Positions 25,826-38,139 of a stretch of 64,000 bases of DNA are shown one piece after another. This DNA comes from Octopus vulgaris (Eukaryota). The first letter of the stretch is position 1, and every line of letters starts with the position of its first letter. The stretch spans positions 89,342,001 through 89,406,000 of the forward strand of contig OX597821.1 of NCBI GenBank assembly GCA_951406725.2. The letters run 5' to 3'. Under the pieces are notes generated by a model. That model searched no databases. It was not told the origin of the DNA and saw only the letters and a list, made by a program, of their open reading frames with translations. The position numbers and the translations under genes are program-made.

Positions 25826-26404
25826 CACAGACATGCAGGAAGTAAATAGACACCTTTAATTTTCAAAATTTCTGATCGAAGCATCTTGATATGTTTTCAG
25901 CGGTGTAGAATTTACAATGTAATTATTCTTTTTCATTCCAGGTACCATTATATTAAACATTTGTGAAGAGTAACCAAGCCATGCACAAAAAATTCAGCAC
26001 AACTGTCAAATTTTTAAAGAGGTCATATTGTTGGGCAATCTGAGGCTGGTCTTAGCCAGCGAAAAATTGCCAAAAATCCTCAAATTCCTCTTGCTATTGT
26101 TAATAGAATTATAGTACAATTCAAAAGTCAAGGAAAAGAATCAGCAAATTCTCATCCCAGCTGACCTGGGCCCTCGCAAAGGAAGTTTCGCTGTTTCAAG
26201 AGAATCGTGGGGAAACAAACCCAGTTCGAAGGCTTCTGACATTGGAAAACAGCTAGAAGTTAGTCCAAGAACGTGTGTTACATATCTGCATAAGCTTGGG
26301 TATTATGGACGAGCAGATAGAAGAAAACCTCTCTTTCAACCAATTGATATCAGATAAAAGATTTTGAAAATTAAAGGTGTCTATTTACTTCCTGCATGTC
26401 TGTG
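25826..26404 (+). mobile_element. Internally deleted Tc1-like transposon
   Basis: Perfect 44-bp TIRs (25826-25869, 26361-26404) with TA on both sides; remnant SDIGKQLEVSPRTCVTYLHKLGYYGRADRRKPL resembles the second HTH region of Tc1 transposases. Confidence 0.9.
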
Positions 26405-27294
26405 TATATGTGTGCATGTGTGTAGATATAGTTAGATTGATAGATGCTTGCATACATACATACATACATACATACATACATACATACATACATACATGCA
26501 TACATGATATACTATATAGAACATAGCAAAAATCACATAATAGCTGGGAGCTATACAGTGTAGATAGAAACTACAGTTATTTATTTGAAAGCCTTTAGCT
26601 GTGGAGATTGCTGATAGTGTGAAAAAAATTGTCTGTTTGAAAACTGAAAATTATATATTGAGTAATTTTGCATATATTTGAATATATTAGCAATTATTTG
26701 CAAGCATCAGCTGGACATGATATATGTATGAGAAATTTTTGGTAATGCAATAATAAAGATAGTTTCTTTATACTAGTTCTGAGGTTTTACCAAATTACTG
26801 ACTGTTGCAAAGAATTAGGCATGGACATGGATGTGTGTTTAAAAAGTTTGCTTTGGACTGTGGCTCTAGAATCAATGTAACTCAGTAGGTACCTTAGCCT
26901 TGAGTCAATCAAATACCAAAGTGGAATTTCCTTGAAAGAAACTGTGTGGAAGCCCACCTGAAGAGGAGCTGTTGCTGTTCATAAAAAGTAGACATAATCT
27001 GTTACCTGATTTAACATCATCATCTCATATAGAGTAGTCTTTAGGGGACTCCTCTCAGTTTTCTGTATTCAGGTCTCAGTTGAAGGATAACATCCTCGTT
27101 TGCCCCTCACTAATCTTAGGGACTTTGAAAAGTGCTATCAATAATAATTAGCTTGTCTTTGTGGAAAACAATTTGGGGTGATAAACAACTAGCCTCTTTG
27201 AAAATGAGTACCAGTCATTACTGGAAAGGGGAATAACTCAGTAAATGGTCTGCTATTTCACAGGAACATTGCTTAAAAAATAAGGGATGTTACC

Positions 27295-27790
27295 TTAGTT
27301 CACCTTCCGGAGTATTTGAGCAGTTCCAAGCAGTGCTGTTTTCTGCAAGTGCTCCACCCTTATTGCAGCCCCTATTTGTTCTATGTATTTCTCAAGATTT
27401 TTGCTCACTGTTCCCAGGGCTCCAACAATTATTGGTACTACTGCTACCTTTTTCATCGACCACAGCTGCTTAACTTCCCAAGCTAACCTGTCATATCTCT
27501 CAACTTTTCTTTCTTCCTTATTGCATACCTTTTTGTTAGCTGGGCATGCTATATCTATGATCCAGCGTAGTTTTTTTTTTTTTCTCAATTAAGACTATTC
27601 TCTATCTCATGGTCGCACTGAATCATAAAATCACATAAGATCTTTGCATTTCTATGTTCGATGATGCCTTTGGGTTTGTGGTCGTACCAATTTTTTGCTC
27701 TGTCAAGTCCATACTTGTTGCAGAGTGTCCAACGGACAAGCATGGCTATATTATCGTGGCATCTCTTATATCCCTTCTGGGCTAGTGGCA
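27295..27790 (-). mobile_element. R4/Dong-like non-LTR retrotransposon C-terminus (restriction-like endonuclease), disrupted
   Basis: LAQKGYKRCHDNIA...WYDHKPKGIIE...KILCDFMIQCDHEIE / IIDIACP...EERKVERY..LAWEVKQLW...VVPIIVGALG...LQKTALLGTAQILRKV. Confidence 0.85.
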
Positions 27791-27978
27791 TCATTATCGT
27801 CATCATTTAACGTCTGCTTTCCATGCTAGCATGGGTTTGGATGGTTTGACTGTGGGCTGGCAAACCAGATGGCTGCACCAGGCTCCAGTCTTGATCTGGC
27901 AGAGTTTCTACAGCAGGATGCCCTTTCTAATGCCAACCACTCCGAGAGTGTAGTGGGTGCTTTTACGTGCTACCAGCA
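27790..27978 (-). mobile_element. Family C retroposon 3' part
   Basis: CAT-rich tail and core. Confidence 0.8.
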
Positions 27979-27983
27979 AATTA

Positions 27984-28048
<65 letters not shown>

Positions 28049-28049
<1 letters not shown>

Positions 28050-28255
28050 GGGTGGTGAGCTGGCAGAATCATTAGTATGCTTGGCAAAATGTTTAGCAGC
28101 ATTTCTTCCATCTTTGCATTCTGAGTTCAAATTCTGCCTTTACCGTTCATCCCTTTCAGGGTCAATAAAATGAGTACCATTTAAGCACTGGAGTTGAAGT
28201 AATTGACGTAAACCTCCTCCAAAACTGCAGCCGTTGTGCCAAAATCCCAAATCGC
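28049..28255 (+). mobile_element. SINE family B following (TTA)n
   Basis: GGTGGTGAGCTGGCAGAATCATTAG head and core. Confidence 0.8.
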
Positions 28256-28380
28256 TATCATTATCATTGTATATATAACATGTAAACTGCTCTTCTTTGT
28301 TTTATTGTATACACATTATATACTTTCTACATATTATGTTTTTTTAAATTTTATTTTTATCACTTCATTCTCATTTCATT

Positions 28381-28532
28381 CTACACTCATGGAGTGGTTG
28401 ATGTTAGGAAGGGCATCCAGCTGTAGAAACACTGCCAGATCTGACTGGCCTGGTGCAGCCTTCGGGCTTCCCAGACCCCAGTTGAACCATCCAACCCATG
28501 CTAGCATGGAAAGAGGATGTTAAACGATGATG
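28381..28532 (+). mobile_element. Family C retroposon 3' part
   Basis: Core plus GTTAAACGATGATG tail. Confidence 0.8.
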
Positions 28533-28726
28533 TAAAACCCAACACATTATGTCTGTCATTGTATTGTACACCTCATCCTTCACCTTGGTTCAAATAAAAG
28601 AAATCATCGTTGTTGTTGTCGTCGTAATCATCATCATCATCATCACCATGACCACCATTGTTATTGTTGTTGTGTGCTTGTGTTTATATGCATGTATCTA
28701 TGTGTGATCCCCCCAAATTACCAAAA

Positions 28727-28757
<31 letters not shown>

Positions 28758-28774
28758 TTTAGGGTGGTGAGCTG

Positions 28775-29170
28775 GCAGAAACTTGGACTCTATCAAAGAA
28801 GCTTGAGAGGCGGATGGATGGAACCTACACTTGCCTCCTTATGAGAGCTCAAAATCTCTCGTGGAAGCGCCATCCAACCAAAATGCAAATATATGGGAAA
28901 CTACCACCTGTGTCATCTCTTGTGAAAGGTAGGAGAGTCCAGTTTGCTGGACATTGTTGTAGAGCTGAAAAAGAAGTAATTTCTACTCTTCTCCTCTGGA
29001 AGCCATCTACTCGCAATACCAGAGGGCGCACACTCTCCTACCCTGATGTAATCTCCAGGGATACAGGCATCCAGCAACAGGACCTCCGTAATGCCATGAT
29101 GGACCGTGAAGTCTGGCGTAGCATGGTAAATTCCATTGTCTCCACCACGGTCGAACAATGATAATGATGA
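28775..29170 (+). mobile_element. 5'-truncated RTE-like LINE with open C-terminal frame
   Basis: ETWTLSKKLERRMDGTYT...RRVQFAGHCCR...LLLWKP...AMMDREVWR; stop at 29161, then a TGA-type tail. Confidence 0.85.
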
Positions 29171-29885
29171 ACCAAAATATAAAGCAAAGTTTCTAAGCGT
29201 TTTAAATCTGACTGAAAGCTTTCACAATATCTAGCTAATAATAAAAGATATGGGTGTATTTTAACACCCAGTCAAAGAAGATTATTGCAGACATTATTTA
29301 TAAGCATACGTTTTCATTCTGCTTATCATGATTACCATCGTTGAAACATTATTATTGAACTCTCGTAATATTCGAGTCATTATGATTATGAATGGAGATA
29401 TCTCAGACACAAGGGTGCTAAAGTTTTGACAAATAGATCACTGTAGAATACGCCAAAATGTTCGTCAGCTTTACATTCTGCTGAATAATCAGAATGTGTG
29501 TGTATGTGTGTGAGTGCGTGTTTCTCTGTGTGTGTGTGTGTGTGTGTGTCTGTGTGTGTGTGTGTTGTGGCTTTGGAGGTAGTGGTGGTTTTGTGATGTT
29601 ATAACTTAACGGAGATATGAAAATATGAGGATGCACTTGAGTGAGAGAGAGAGAGAGAGAAGTAAGAGTTCAGACAAAAATAAAGAGAGAGGGAGCGATA
29701 GAAAGAGACAGAGAGAGACAAAGTGAAAGAGAAAGAAAGAGACAGAGAGAGACAAAGGGAGAGCGGGAGAACGAAAGAAAGAGACAGAGAGAAAGAAAGA
29801 GAGACAGACATTTATAGTATGTAAAGCATGTCGATGCATTGTATTGTGTACATTTAGGTTAATTGGTATTGATATGGATTGTATA

Positions 29886-29954
<69 letters not shown>

Positions 29955-29960
<6 letters not shown>

Positions 29961-30388
29961 TGAAATAGAAAGATGAATAATCTTGTTGCAGATTAATCAA
30001 AAGTTTAACCGATACCTTGGTAGCAAAAATCACAGCAGAAGACAGCACGGTTGGAGGTACAACCATATGGTGTTGCAACCGTGCGTTGGTGCGGATAATT
30101 GAATTTTAATATTATTAGTGAATTGAAGAAATGGAGTTGAACGAAGATTGAACAGAAATTGTTTTATTGCATTCTACACGTGTTTCGAAAGGCACAATTT
30201 ACCAAATTCCGATTGAATAAGGAGACCATATTGTGTCTTTCTCTTCAGGAAGAAATAGGAAGTCCGTTGGAAAAAACAAAAACAGAACAGAGGCGGAGCA
30301 AAACAAATCGAACGAGGCTCCTAAGAGCCCATGGCCAAACGATTTCTGTTCAATCTTCGTTCAACTCCATTTCTTCAATTCACTAATA

Positions 30389-30392
<4 letters not shown>
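29955..30392 (-). mobile_element. Penelope-like terminal-repeat fragment with hammerhead and ~50-bp inverted end, in (TA)n
   Basis: Inverted repeat 30109-30159 / 30342-30392; homologous to 7750-8133; contains a hammerhead motif. Confidence 0.7.
30172..30251 (-). ncRNA. Type I hammerhead ribozyme motif, long stem II
   Basis: UUC-CUGAAGA-GAAAGACACAAU...AUUGUGCCUUUC-GAAAC-ACGU-GUA-GAA; stem II 11 of 12 pairs, palindromic helix III. Confidence 0.75.
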
Positions 30393-30420
<28 letters not shown>

Positions 30421-30579
30421 GTGTGCGTGTGTGTGTATATGTTTATAAATGTATGTGTATACACACAAGCATGTACACACACACATACACATGCATGTAT
30501 TTATGCATTCATGTATCTGAATATATGTGTGTGTATGTGTTATGTATGTACGTGTATTTGTTAATATTTAAAAAGAAGC

Positions 30580-30706
30580 AGCCGGGCAAAATGCTTAACA
30601 GTATTTCGTCTGCCGTTATGTTCTGAGTTCAAATTCCGCCAAGGTCGACTTTCCCGTTCATCCTTTCGGCGGTCGATAAATTAAGTACCAGTTATGCACT
30701 AGGGTC
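30580..30706 (+). mobile_element. SINE family B fragment
   Basis: GTATTTCGTCTGCCGTTATGTTCTGAGTTCAAATTCC and core. Confidence 0.8.
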
Positions 30707-31104
30707 AGAGAATAATGAAATGTCAAGTATTTTGTCAGGCTAGTGATTAGTAATACATAATAGGTGCAAGTGTGACTATGTGACCTGAAGTTTGCTTCCC
30801 CAACGCAAGGTCCCATGCCTTTCAACCTTTCAGGCTTGATGAAATAAGTACCAGTTGAGCCCTGGGGTCAATGTAATACTTAATCCACCTCTGAAATTGC
30901 TGGCCTTGTGCCAAAATCTGAAACCAATATATAATGCATATATGCTTGATGTGCATGGCTATGTGGTTAAAAAGTTCATTTCCCAACCATGCAGTTTGGG
31001 GTTCAATCTCATGGCATGGAAACAAAGTTGCTCAAAGCTTTGTGAGTGGATTTGGCCAATGAAAATTGAAACTCATCAGATATACATATGTGTCTATATA
31101 TATA

Positions 31105-31313
31105 GTTAATCCAAACATGAAAACATAAAGAGAAAACACAACAACGCGAGGACGTGGAACAAATATAGTATTATTGGACGCTCAGGAAGGAAGGGAAGAA
31201 GGAGCGTTTAACGTTTCGAGCGGAGCTCTTCGTCAGAAACATAGGGAAAGGAAAGATCCAGAGAAGGGAAGACAGAAGAAAACAAATCGCCAATGGTACA
31301 CACGTGATCACAT

Positions 31314-31315
<2 letters not shown>
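31105..31315 (-). mobile_element. Short Penelope-like terminal-repeat element with minimal hammerhead, in TA-rich tracts
   Basis: Homologous to 46340-46548 (shared TTCCTGAGCG..ATAC..TTCCAC downstream of the ribozyme motif). Confidence 0.65.
31206..31240 (-). ncRNA. Minimal hammerhead ribozyme motif
   Basis: GUUU-CUGACGA-A-GAGC-UCC-GCUC-GAA-ACGU-U-AAAC. Confidence 0.65.
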
Positions 31316-31359
<44 letters not shown>

Positions 31360-31386
31360 CATACATATATATATATATATACATAC

Positions 31387-31441
<55 letters not shown>

Positions 31442-31892
31442 CACACATCATATATACATGCACATGGTAAATGAACACTCACATACAAATACATTGCCTT
31501 TAAAAACATTAGTTTGAAGTCTTACTTTGGAACATTGCTCAAACAACAATGCAGTTTTATGACTTCTCTTGTATGGAGTTTAGGACATTTATAGTAATGT
31601 TACCACAACAACCAGTAATGAAATGAAAAGTATGAGTTAAAGCAACCATATTTCTTGGTTGTGTTGCGTTGTTCTCAAAGGTTTTGGAACAATAAAACAA
31701 AAGGGTGTTTTCTTCAAACTTTCATTTCATATTTCAAAAATTATTCAAACACTGGGTATTTCAGAATAAAACCAGGCTTGCTTTACCAGCTGATGATTAG
31801 AAACAAGTCACTCGGAATACTAGTAACCAGAGATTTTCAGTTATAATGCATTATATCTGTGTGTGTTTGAGTGTGTGTATATATATATATAT

Positions 31893-32118
31893 TTACTCTT
31901 TTACTCTTTTACTTGTTTCAGTCATTTGACTGCGGCTATGCTGGAGCACCGCCATTTTTAGTCGAGCAAATCGACCCCGGGACTTATTCTTTTGTAAGCC
32001 CAGTACTTATTCTATCGGTCTCTTTTGCCGAACCGCTAAGTAGCGGGGATGTAAACACACCAGCATCGGTTGTCAAGCAATGCTAGGGGGACAAATACAG
32101 ACACACAAACACACACAC

Positions 32119-32185
<67 letters not shown>

Positions 32186-32346
32186 TACGACAGGCTTCTT
32201 TCAGTTTCTGTCTACCAAATCCACTCACAAGGCATTGGTCAGCCCGGAGCTATAGCAGAAGACACTTGCCCAAGATGCCACGCAGTGGGACTGAACCCGG
32301 AGCCATGTGATTGGTAAACAAGCTACTTACCACACAGCCACTCCTA
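31893..32346 (-). mobile_element. SINE family A, full length
   Basis: Reverse complement of family A. Confidence 0.9.
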
Positions 32347-32361
32347 TATATCTATATATAT

Positions 32362-35010
32362 ATCATCATCATCATCATCATCATTTAGCGTCCGTTTTCC
32401 ATGCTAGCATGGGTTGGACGGTTCAACTAGGGTCTGGGGAGCCCGAAGGCTGCACCAGGCCAGTCAGATCTGGCAGTGTTTCTACAGCTGGATGCCCTTC
32501 CTAACGCCAACCACTCCGAGAGTGTAGTGGGTGATTTTATGTGCCACCGACACAGGTGCCAGACGAGGCTGGCGAACGGCCACGCTCGGATGGTGTTTTT
32601 ATGTGCCACCGACACAGGTGCCAGACGAGGCTGGCAGACGGCCACGCTCGGATGGTGTTTTTATGTGCCACCGACACAGGTGCCAGATGAGGCTGGCGGA
32701 CGGCCACGATCGGATGGTGTTTGTTACGTCCCCAAAGCACGGAGGCCAGTCTATGCGGTACTGGCTACGGCCACGTTCGGATGATTTTCTTGTGTGCCAC
32801 CGGCACTGGTACCACAAAGATACAAATTCCATTGATGTTCATCTATTTTGATTTGTTTTGATTTGATTTGATTTGATTTTCACTTGCCTCAACAGGTCTT
32901 CACAAGTGTCACAAGAAGGAAGGTATGCACAGGTGGACTGACTACGTCCCAGGTAGGGGCCACGGGTTATGGCCTGACTAGTCTTGCCGGGTCTTCGGAT
33001 GGTGTTTTTATGTGCCACCGACACAGGTGCCAGATGAGGCTGGCGAACGGCCACGATCGGATGGTGTTTGTTGCGTGCCCACAGCACGGAGGCCAGTCGA
33101 TGCGGTACTGGCTACGGCCACGTTCGGATGGTTTTCTTGTGTGCCACCGGCACTGGTACCACAAGATACAAATTCCATTGATGTTCATCGATTTTGATTT
33201 GATTTGATTTGATTTTCACTTGCCTCAACAGGTCTTCACAGGTCTTCACAAGTGTCACAAGAAGGAAGGAAGGTATGCACAGGTGGACTGACTACGTCCC
33301 AAGTAGGGGCCATGGGTTATGGCCTGACTAGTCTTGCCGGATCTTCGGTTGGTGTTTTTATGTGCCACCGACACAGGTGCCAGATGAGGCTGGCGGACGG
33401 CCACGATCGGATGTTGTTTTTGATATGTGCCCACATCACAGAGGCCAGTCGATGCGGTACTGGCTACGGCCACGTTCGGATGGTTTTCTTGTGTGCCACC
33501 GGTACTGGTACCACAAAGATACAAATTCCATTGATGTTCATCTATTTTGATTTGGTTTGATTTGATTTGATTTGATTTGATTTTCACTTGCCTCAACAGG
33601 TCTTCACAAGTGTCACAAGAAGGAAGGAAGGTATGCACAGGTGGACTGACTACGTCGCCGGGTCTTCGGATGGTGTTTTTATGTGCCACCGACACAGGTG
33701 CCAGATGAGGCTGGCGAACGGCCACGATCGGATGGTGTTTGTTATGTGCCCACATCACAGAGGCCATTGATGTTCATCTATTTTGATTTGGTTTGATTTT
33801 CACTTGCCTCAACAGGTCTTCACAAGTTTGGTTTGATTTTCACTTGCCTCAACAGGTCTTCACAAGTGTCACACACTTGCCTCAACACGTCTCCACAAGT
33901 GTCACACACTTGCCTCTGCCTCAACAGGTCTTCACAAAGTGTCACACACTTGCCTCTGCCTCAACAGGTCTTCACAAGTGTCACACACTTGCCTCAACAG
34001 GTCTTCACAAGTGTCATAAGAGGGAAGGTATGCACAGGTGGACTGACTACGTCGCCGGGTCTTCGGATGGTGTTTTTATGTGCCACCGACACAGGTGCCA
34101 GATGAGGCTGGCGAACGGCCACGATCAGATGGTGTTTGTTGTGCCCACAGCACGGAGGCCAGTCGATGCGGTACTGGCTACGGCCACGTTCGGATGGTTT
34201 TCTTGTGTGCCACCGGTACTGGTACCACAAAGATACAAATTCCATTGATGTTCATCTATTTTGATTTGGTTTGATTTGATTTGATTTGATTTTGATTTCA
34301 CTTGCCTCAACAGGTCTTCACAAGTGTCATAAGTAGGAAGGTATGCACAGGTGGACTGACTACGTCGCCGGGTCTTCGGATGGTGTTTTTATGTGCCACC
34401 GACACAGGTGCCAGATGAGGCTGGCGAACGGCCACGATCAGATGGTTTTCTTGTGTGCCACCGGTACTGGAACCACAAAGATACAAATTCCATTGATGTT
34501 CATCTATTTTGATTTGGTTTGATTTTCACTTGCCTCAACAGGTCTTCACAAGTTTGGTTTGATTTTCACTTGCCTCAACAGGTCTTCACAAGTGTCACAC
34601 ACTTGCCTCAACACGTCTCCACAAGTGTCACACACTTGCCTCTGCCTCAACAGGTCTTCACAAAGTGTCACACACTTGCCTCTGCCTCAACAGGTCTTCA
34701 CAAGTGTCACACACTTGCCTCAACAGGTCTTCACAAGTGTCATAAGAGGGAAGGTATGCACAGGTGGACTGACTACGTCGCCGGGTCTTCGGATGGTGTT
34801 TTTATGTGCCACCGACACAGGTGCCAGATGAGGCTGGCGAACGGCCACGATCAGATGGTGTTTGTTGTGCCCACAGCACGGAGGCCAGTCGATGCGGTAC
34901 TGGCTACGGCCACGTTCGGATGGTTTTCTTGTGTGCCACCGGTACTGGAACCACAAAGATACAAATTCCATTGATGTTCATCTATTTTGATTTGGTTTGA
35001 TTTGATTTTG
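32362..35010 (-). repeat. Tandem array of family C modules with a 726-bp higher-order duplication
   Basis: One tail, then repeated body / (GATTT)n / CACTTGCCTCAACAGGTCTTCACAAG modules; 33793-34248 and 34519-34974 nearly identical. Confidence 0.9.
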
Positions 35011-35147
35011 ACATACATTTAAACACAAAAGTGGCGAGCCTTAACTAGTTGCCTAACATACTAGAAAGAACAGTCAAAAAGTCCAAACCACAGTTAAGAG
35101 CAATTTCGAAAGGAAGGAAAAAATAAAAGCATTTACCATTTACCATT

Positions 35148-36001
35148 AGGATGTATAAACAAGAGGCATATAATAGATTGCCAGGTGTTTATATATTTAA
35201 TCTGAGGTGTATCTGTTGATGACGATTTCACCAAGCAAATTATCTTATCTGCTAAATTAAAATCAGAAACCAGTTGGTCCAGGAAACTAGATGATAAAAG
35301 TTTTTATTTTTCATCTCATTCATTTCGGGATTTTATCCCTAATTTTGTGGTTTTGGAACCTAGCTGTTCTTTCTAGCATGATGAATCCCATGGGTGAATT
35401 CCTATTATGTCTTTAAATGTACACTGTATTTTATGACTAATACATAGTCTTTGGACTAAATTTATACACGCTAAGCCACTAGAAGTGAAAATTTCTATTA
35501 ATTTCCATTTCCTTTCAATATAATTAAGAATTGTAAGTTTTTGGATAATTTTTGAATTTTAAAAGTTGGCATTTTTTTATTGCCAACAAGAAGCTGTGCC
35601 TGAGCAGTAGATTTGAAAAAGATAAGGATGTATAAACAAGAGGGATATAATTGATTGCCTCGTGTTTATATATTTAACCCAAGGTGTACCTGTTGATAAT
35701 GATTTCACCTAGCAAATTATCTTATTTGCTAAATTAAAATCACAAACCAATTGGTCCAGGAAACTAGATGGTAAAGGTTTTTTTCATCTTGTTCCTTTCG
35801 GGATTTTATCCCTAATTTTGTGGTTTTGGAACCTAGCTGTTCTTTCTAGCATGATGAATCCCATGAATGAATTTCTATTATGTGTTTAAATATACACTGT
35901 ATTTTATGAGTAATACATAGTCTTTAGACTAAAGTTTTACATGCTAGGCCACTGGAACAGAAAATTTTTATTAATATCCCTTTCCCTTCGATATGATTAA
36001 G
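35148..36001 (+). repeat. Diverged direct repeat, about 380 bp, period 477
   Basis: AGGATGTATAAACAAGAGG starts at 35148 and 35625; copies align throughout; followed by (TA)n. Confidence 0.9.
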
Positions 36002-36009
36002 TGTATTTA

Positions 36010-36049
<40 letters not shown>

Positions 36050-36399
36050 TCCATATTATGGAGAATTTAGAAATCGGAGTATGAACATTTTCTAAGTTTG
36101 CAGAACTTATAGTCAGAGTGCAGAGAGATGAGATGCAGAAGCAATTTTTGGCTCTCTAACATTTCAGCCAGTTCACAGTGTTATTGATCAGGATTTTTCA
36201 CAATGATCCTTCATAACCCACTTCATTTTCAACATATATCAGCCAAATCTCTCTCAAATCACAATTTCTTATAGGAAGCTAGGGTAGATTTGCATACCAG
36301 TGTATGCAGATCTCTTCCCTCCTTGCTACTAATGTTTATTAAAGGAATAAGCACCAACTTGGGTTGGCACAATTTAACAACAGTGTTGTCACAGACATT

Positions 36400-36715
36400 T
36401 TTTTATGTGCCCTTTTCAAGCCTAGCCAGGTTCATGGGCCCAGTTTCCCAGTTCGGTTTCTGCGGTGTATGTGTTCCTCCCAGCTAGATGAGATGCCAGT
36501 CCATCACAGCGTTACGCAAAAAACAAGAAGAAAGAGTGAGAGGAATTTGGAGTGAAAGAGTACAACAGGGGTCGCCACCATCCCCTGCCAGAGTCTCGTG
36601 GAGCTTTAAGTTGTTTTCGCTCAATAAACACACAAAATGCCCGGTCTGGGAATCGAAACCGTGATCCTCCGACTGCAAGTCCACTGCCCTAACAACTGGG
36701 CCGTTGCACCTCCAC
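36400..36715 (-). mobile_element. SINE family D, body type 2
   Basis: tRNA-like head at the right end; GATGGACTGGCATCTCATCTAG body; imperfect TSD TGTCACAGACATT / TGTCATAGATATT. Confidence 0.85.
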
Positions 36716-37977
36716 TGTCATAGATATTACTGTCAGAAAAGAATGAGTCAGGACAGATGCTGAAAGGCCCCAGATTTTTTTTCTTCTTATAAAGAAGGAA
36801 CAGCAAAGTTGACCTTGAATTTGAACTCAGAGAGGGTCAGAATAAATACTACAATGGATTGAATTCAATGATCGAATGGGTTTTCCATATCACCAACTAC
36901 AAATCAAACCCTACTGTCTTAAAGGGGAAAAAAAAATGGGAAGACAAAAGCAGAAACACAGTTCAAGATGTTCTATGGTTGACATAGAACATATAAAAGG
37001 TGAGTTAGTCAAAGCTTACCTGTGAGGTGAGAGGCTAGACAAGCATAGCAACAATAACAACAACAATGCCGTAAATGTCGTAATAAAGGTGTTTAGTCTT
37101 GTCTGTTAAATCAAACTCAGTACATGACTGGTACCTGTTGAAATGGTTTCTCTTTTTCCTTTAAAATTCATTAACAATTGCCTCTAGGTTTTTAGCTTCT
37201 TTCTCCATCTAATAGGGAAATTACAATTAATTAAAAAATTTCTCTCTGCAGCCTTCCATATATCATCCTTTTAATTTGATTATCCAAGTTCGTGCCATAG
37301 GCTTATTTGAATTATGTTCCTTGGCTTATTTCATTTTAAATTATATCTATGTTTTTTTGGGGTTTTTTTCTCTATCAATGCTTGAAAGATAAAAGGTAGG
37401 CTTAATCCATATTTCATTTGAACTCAAAATCTAGATTAGATGGGACCCACCAAATACTGAAATATGCTTAGTCTGTCAATATGTTTTTACCAATTCTGCC
37501 ACACTGCAACAGAACACACACACACACACACACACACACAACTATAAAAAATACTAATAAATAAATAAAACAGCTTTAACTTCAAACACTAATTCTTTCT
37601 CCCAAAATCAAAATGCAAATACTTTTCTGCTTTTTTTTTCCTTTCATCTTTCATAATTTTTATGTTTTTGTTTGTTTTCTTCAAAATGATCATTTTTCAA
37701 AGAAATATTACATCAATCATAGCACTGTTTATTACATTTAAAAAGAACTTTCTTCATTGCTTTCTTTGACTTATTCCAACGTTTGTTGCCAACAGGATGT
37801 TCTTGCACACGACTATTTTATTTGTTCACTGTTAAATTAATTCTCTGAATGCACTCGCAACTGTCAAGGAATTAGATTATTCCAGCGTAATTCAATAACA
37901 ATGCTTTATTAGTCTTTGGAAATTGTCTCAAGCAAGCAACATTCTCTCCCAGTCTCTTTCTCTTTCGTTCTTACATC

Positions 37978-38050
<73 letters not shown>

Positions 38051-38139
38051 CTACTTCCTCTTTTTCTAGCTTTCTTTCTTGATCTCTCTCTCACTTTCTT
38101 TCCTTCATTTCCCACCTTTCTCACTTCACCCTTAATCTA

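Noticed and set aside
32520-35010. Regularly spaced palindromic repeats (GTGCCACC..CAC) resembling a CRISPR array
   Set aside because: The intervening sequences are themselves repeated, there are no cas genes, and the context is a eukaryotic retroposon
35375-35412. CATGATGAATCCCATGGGTGAATT in both direct repeats, resembling a hammerhead
   Set aside because: Both core strands deviate (AUGAUGA, GAAU) in both copies
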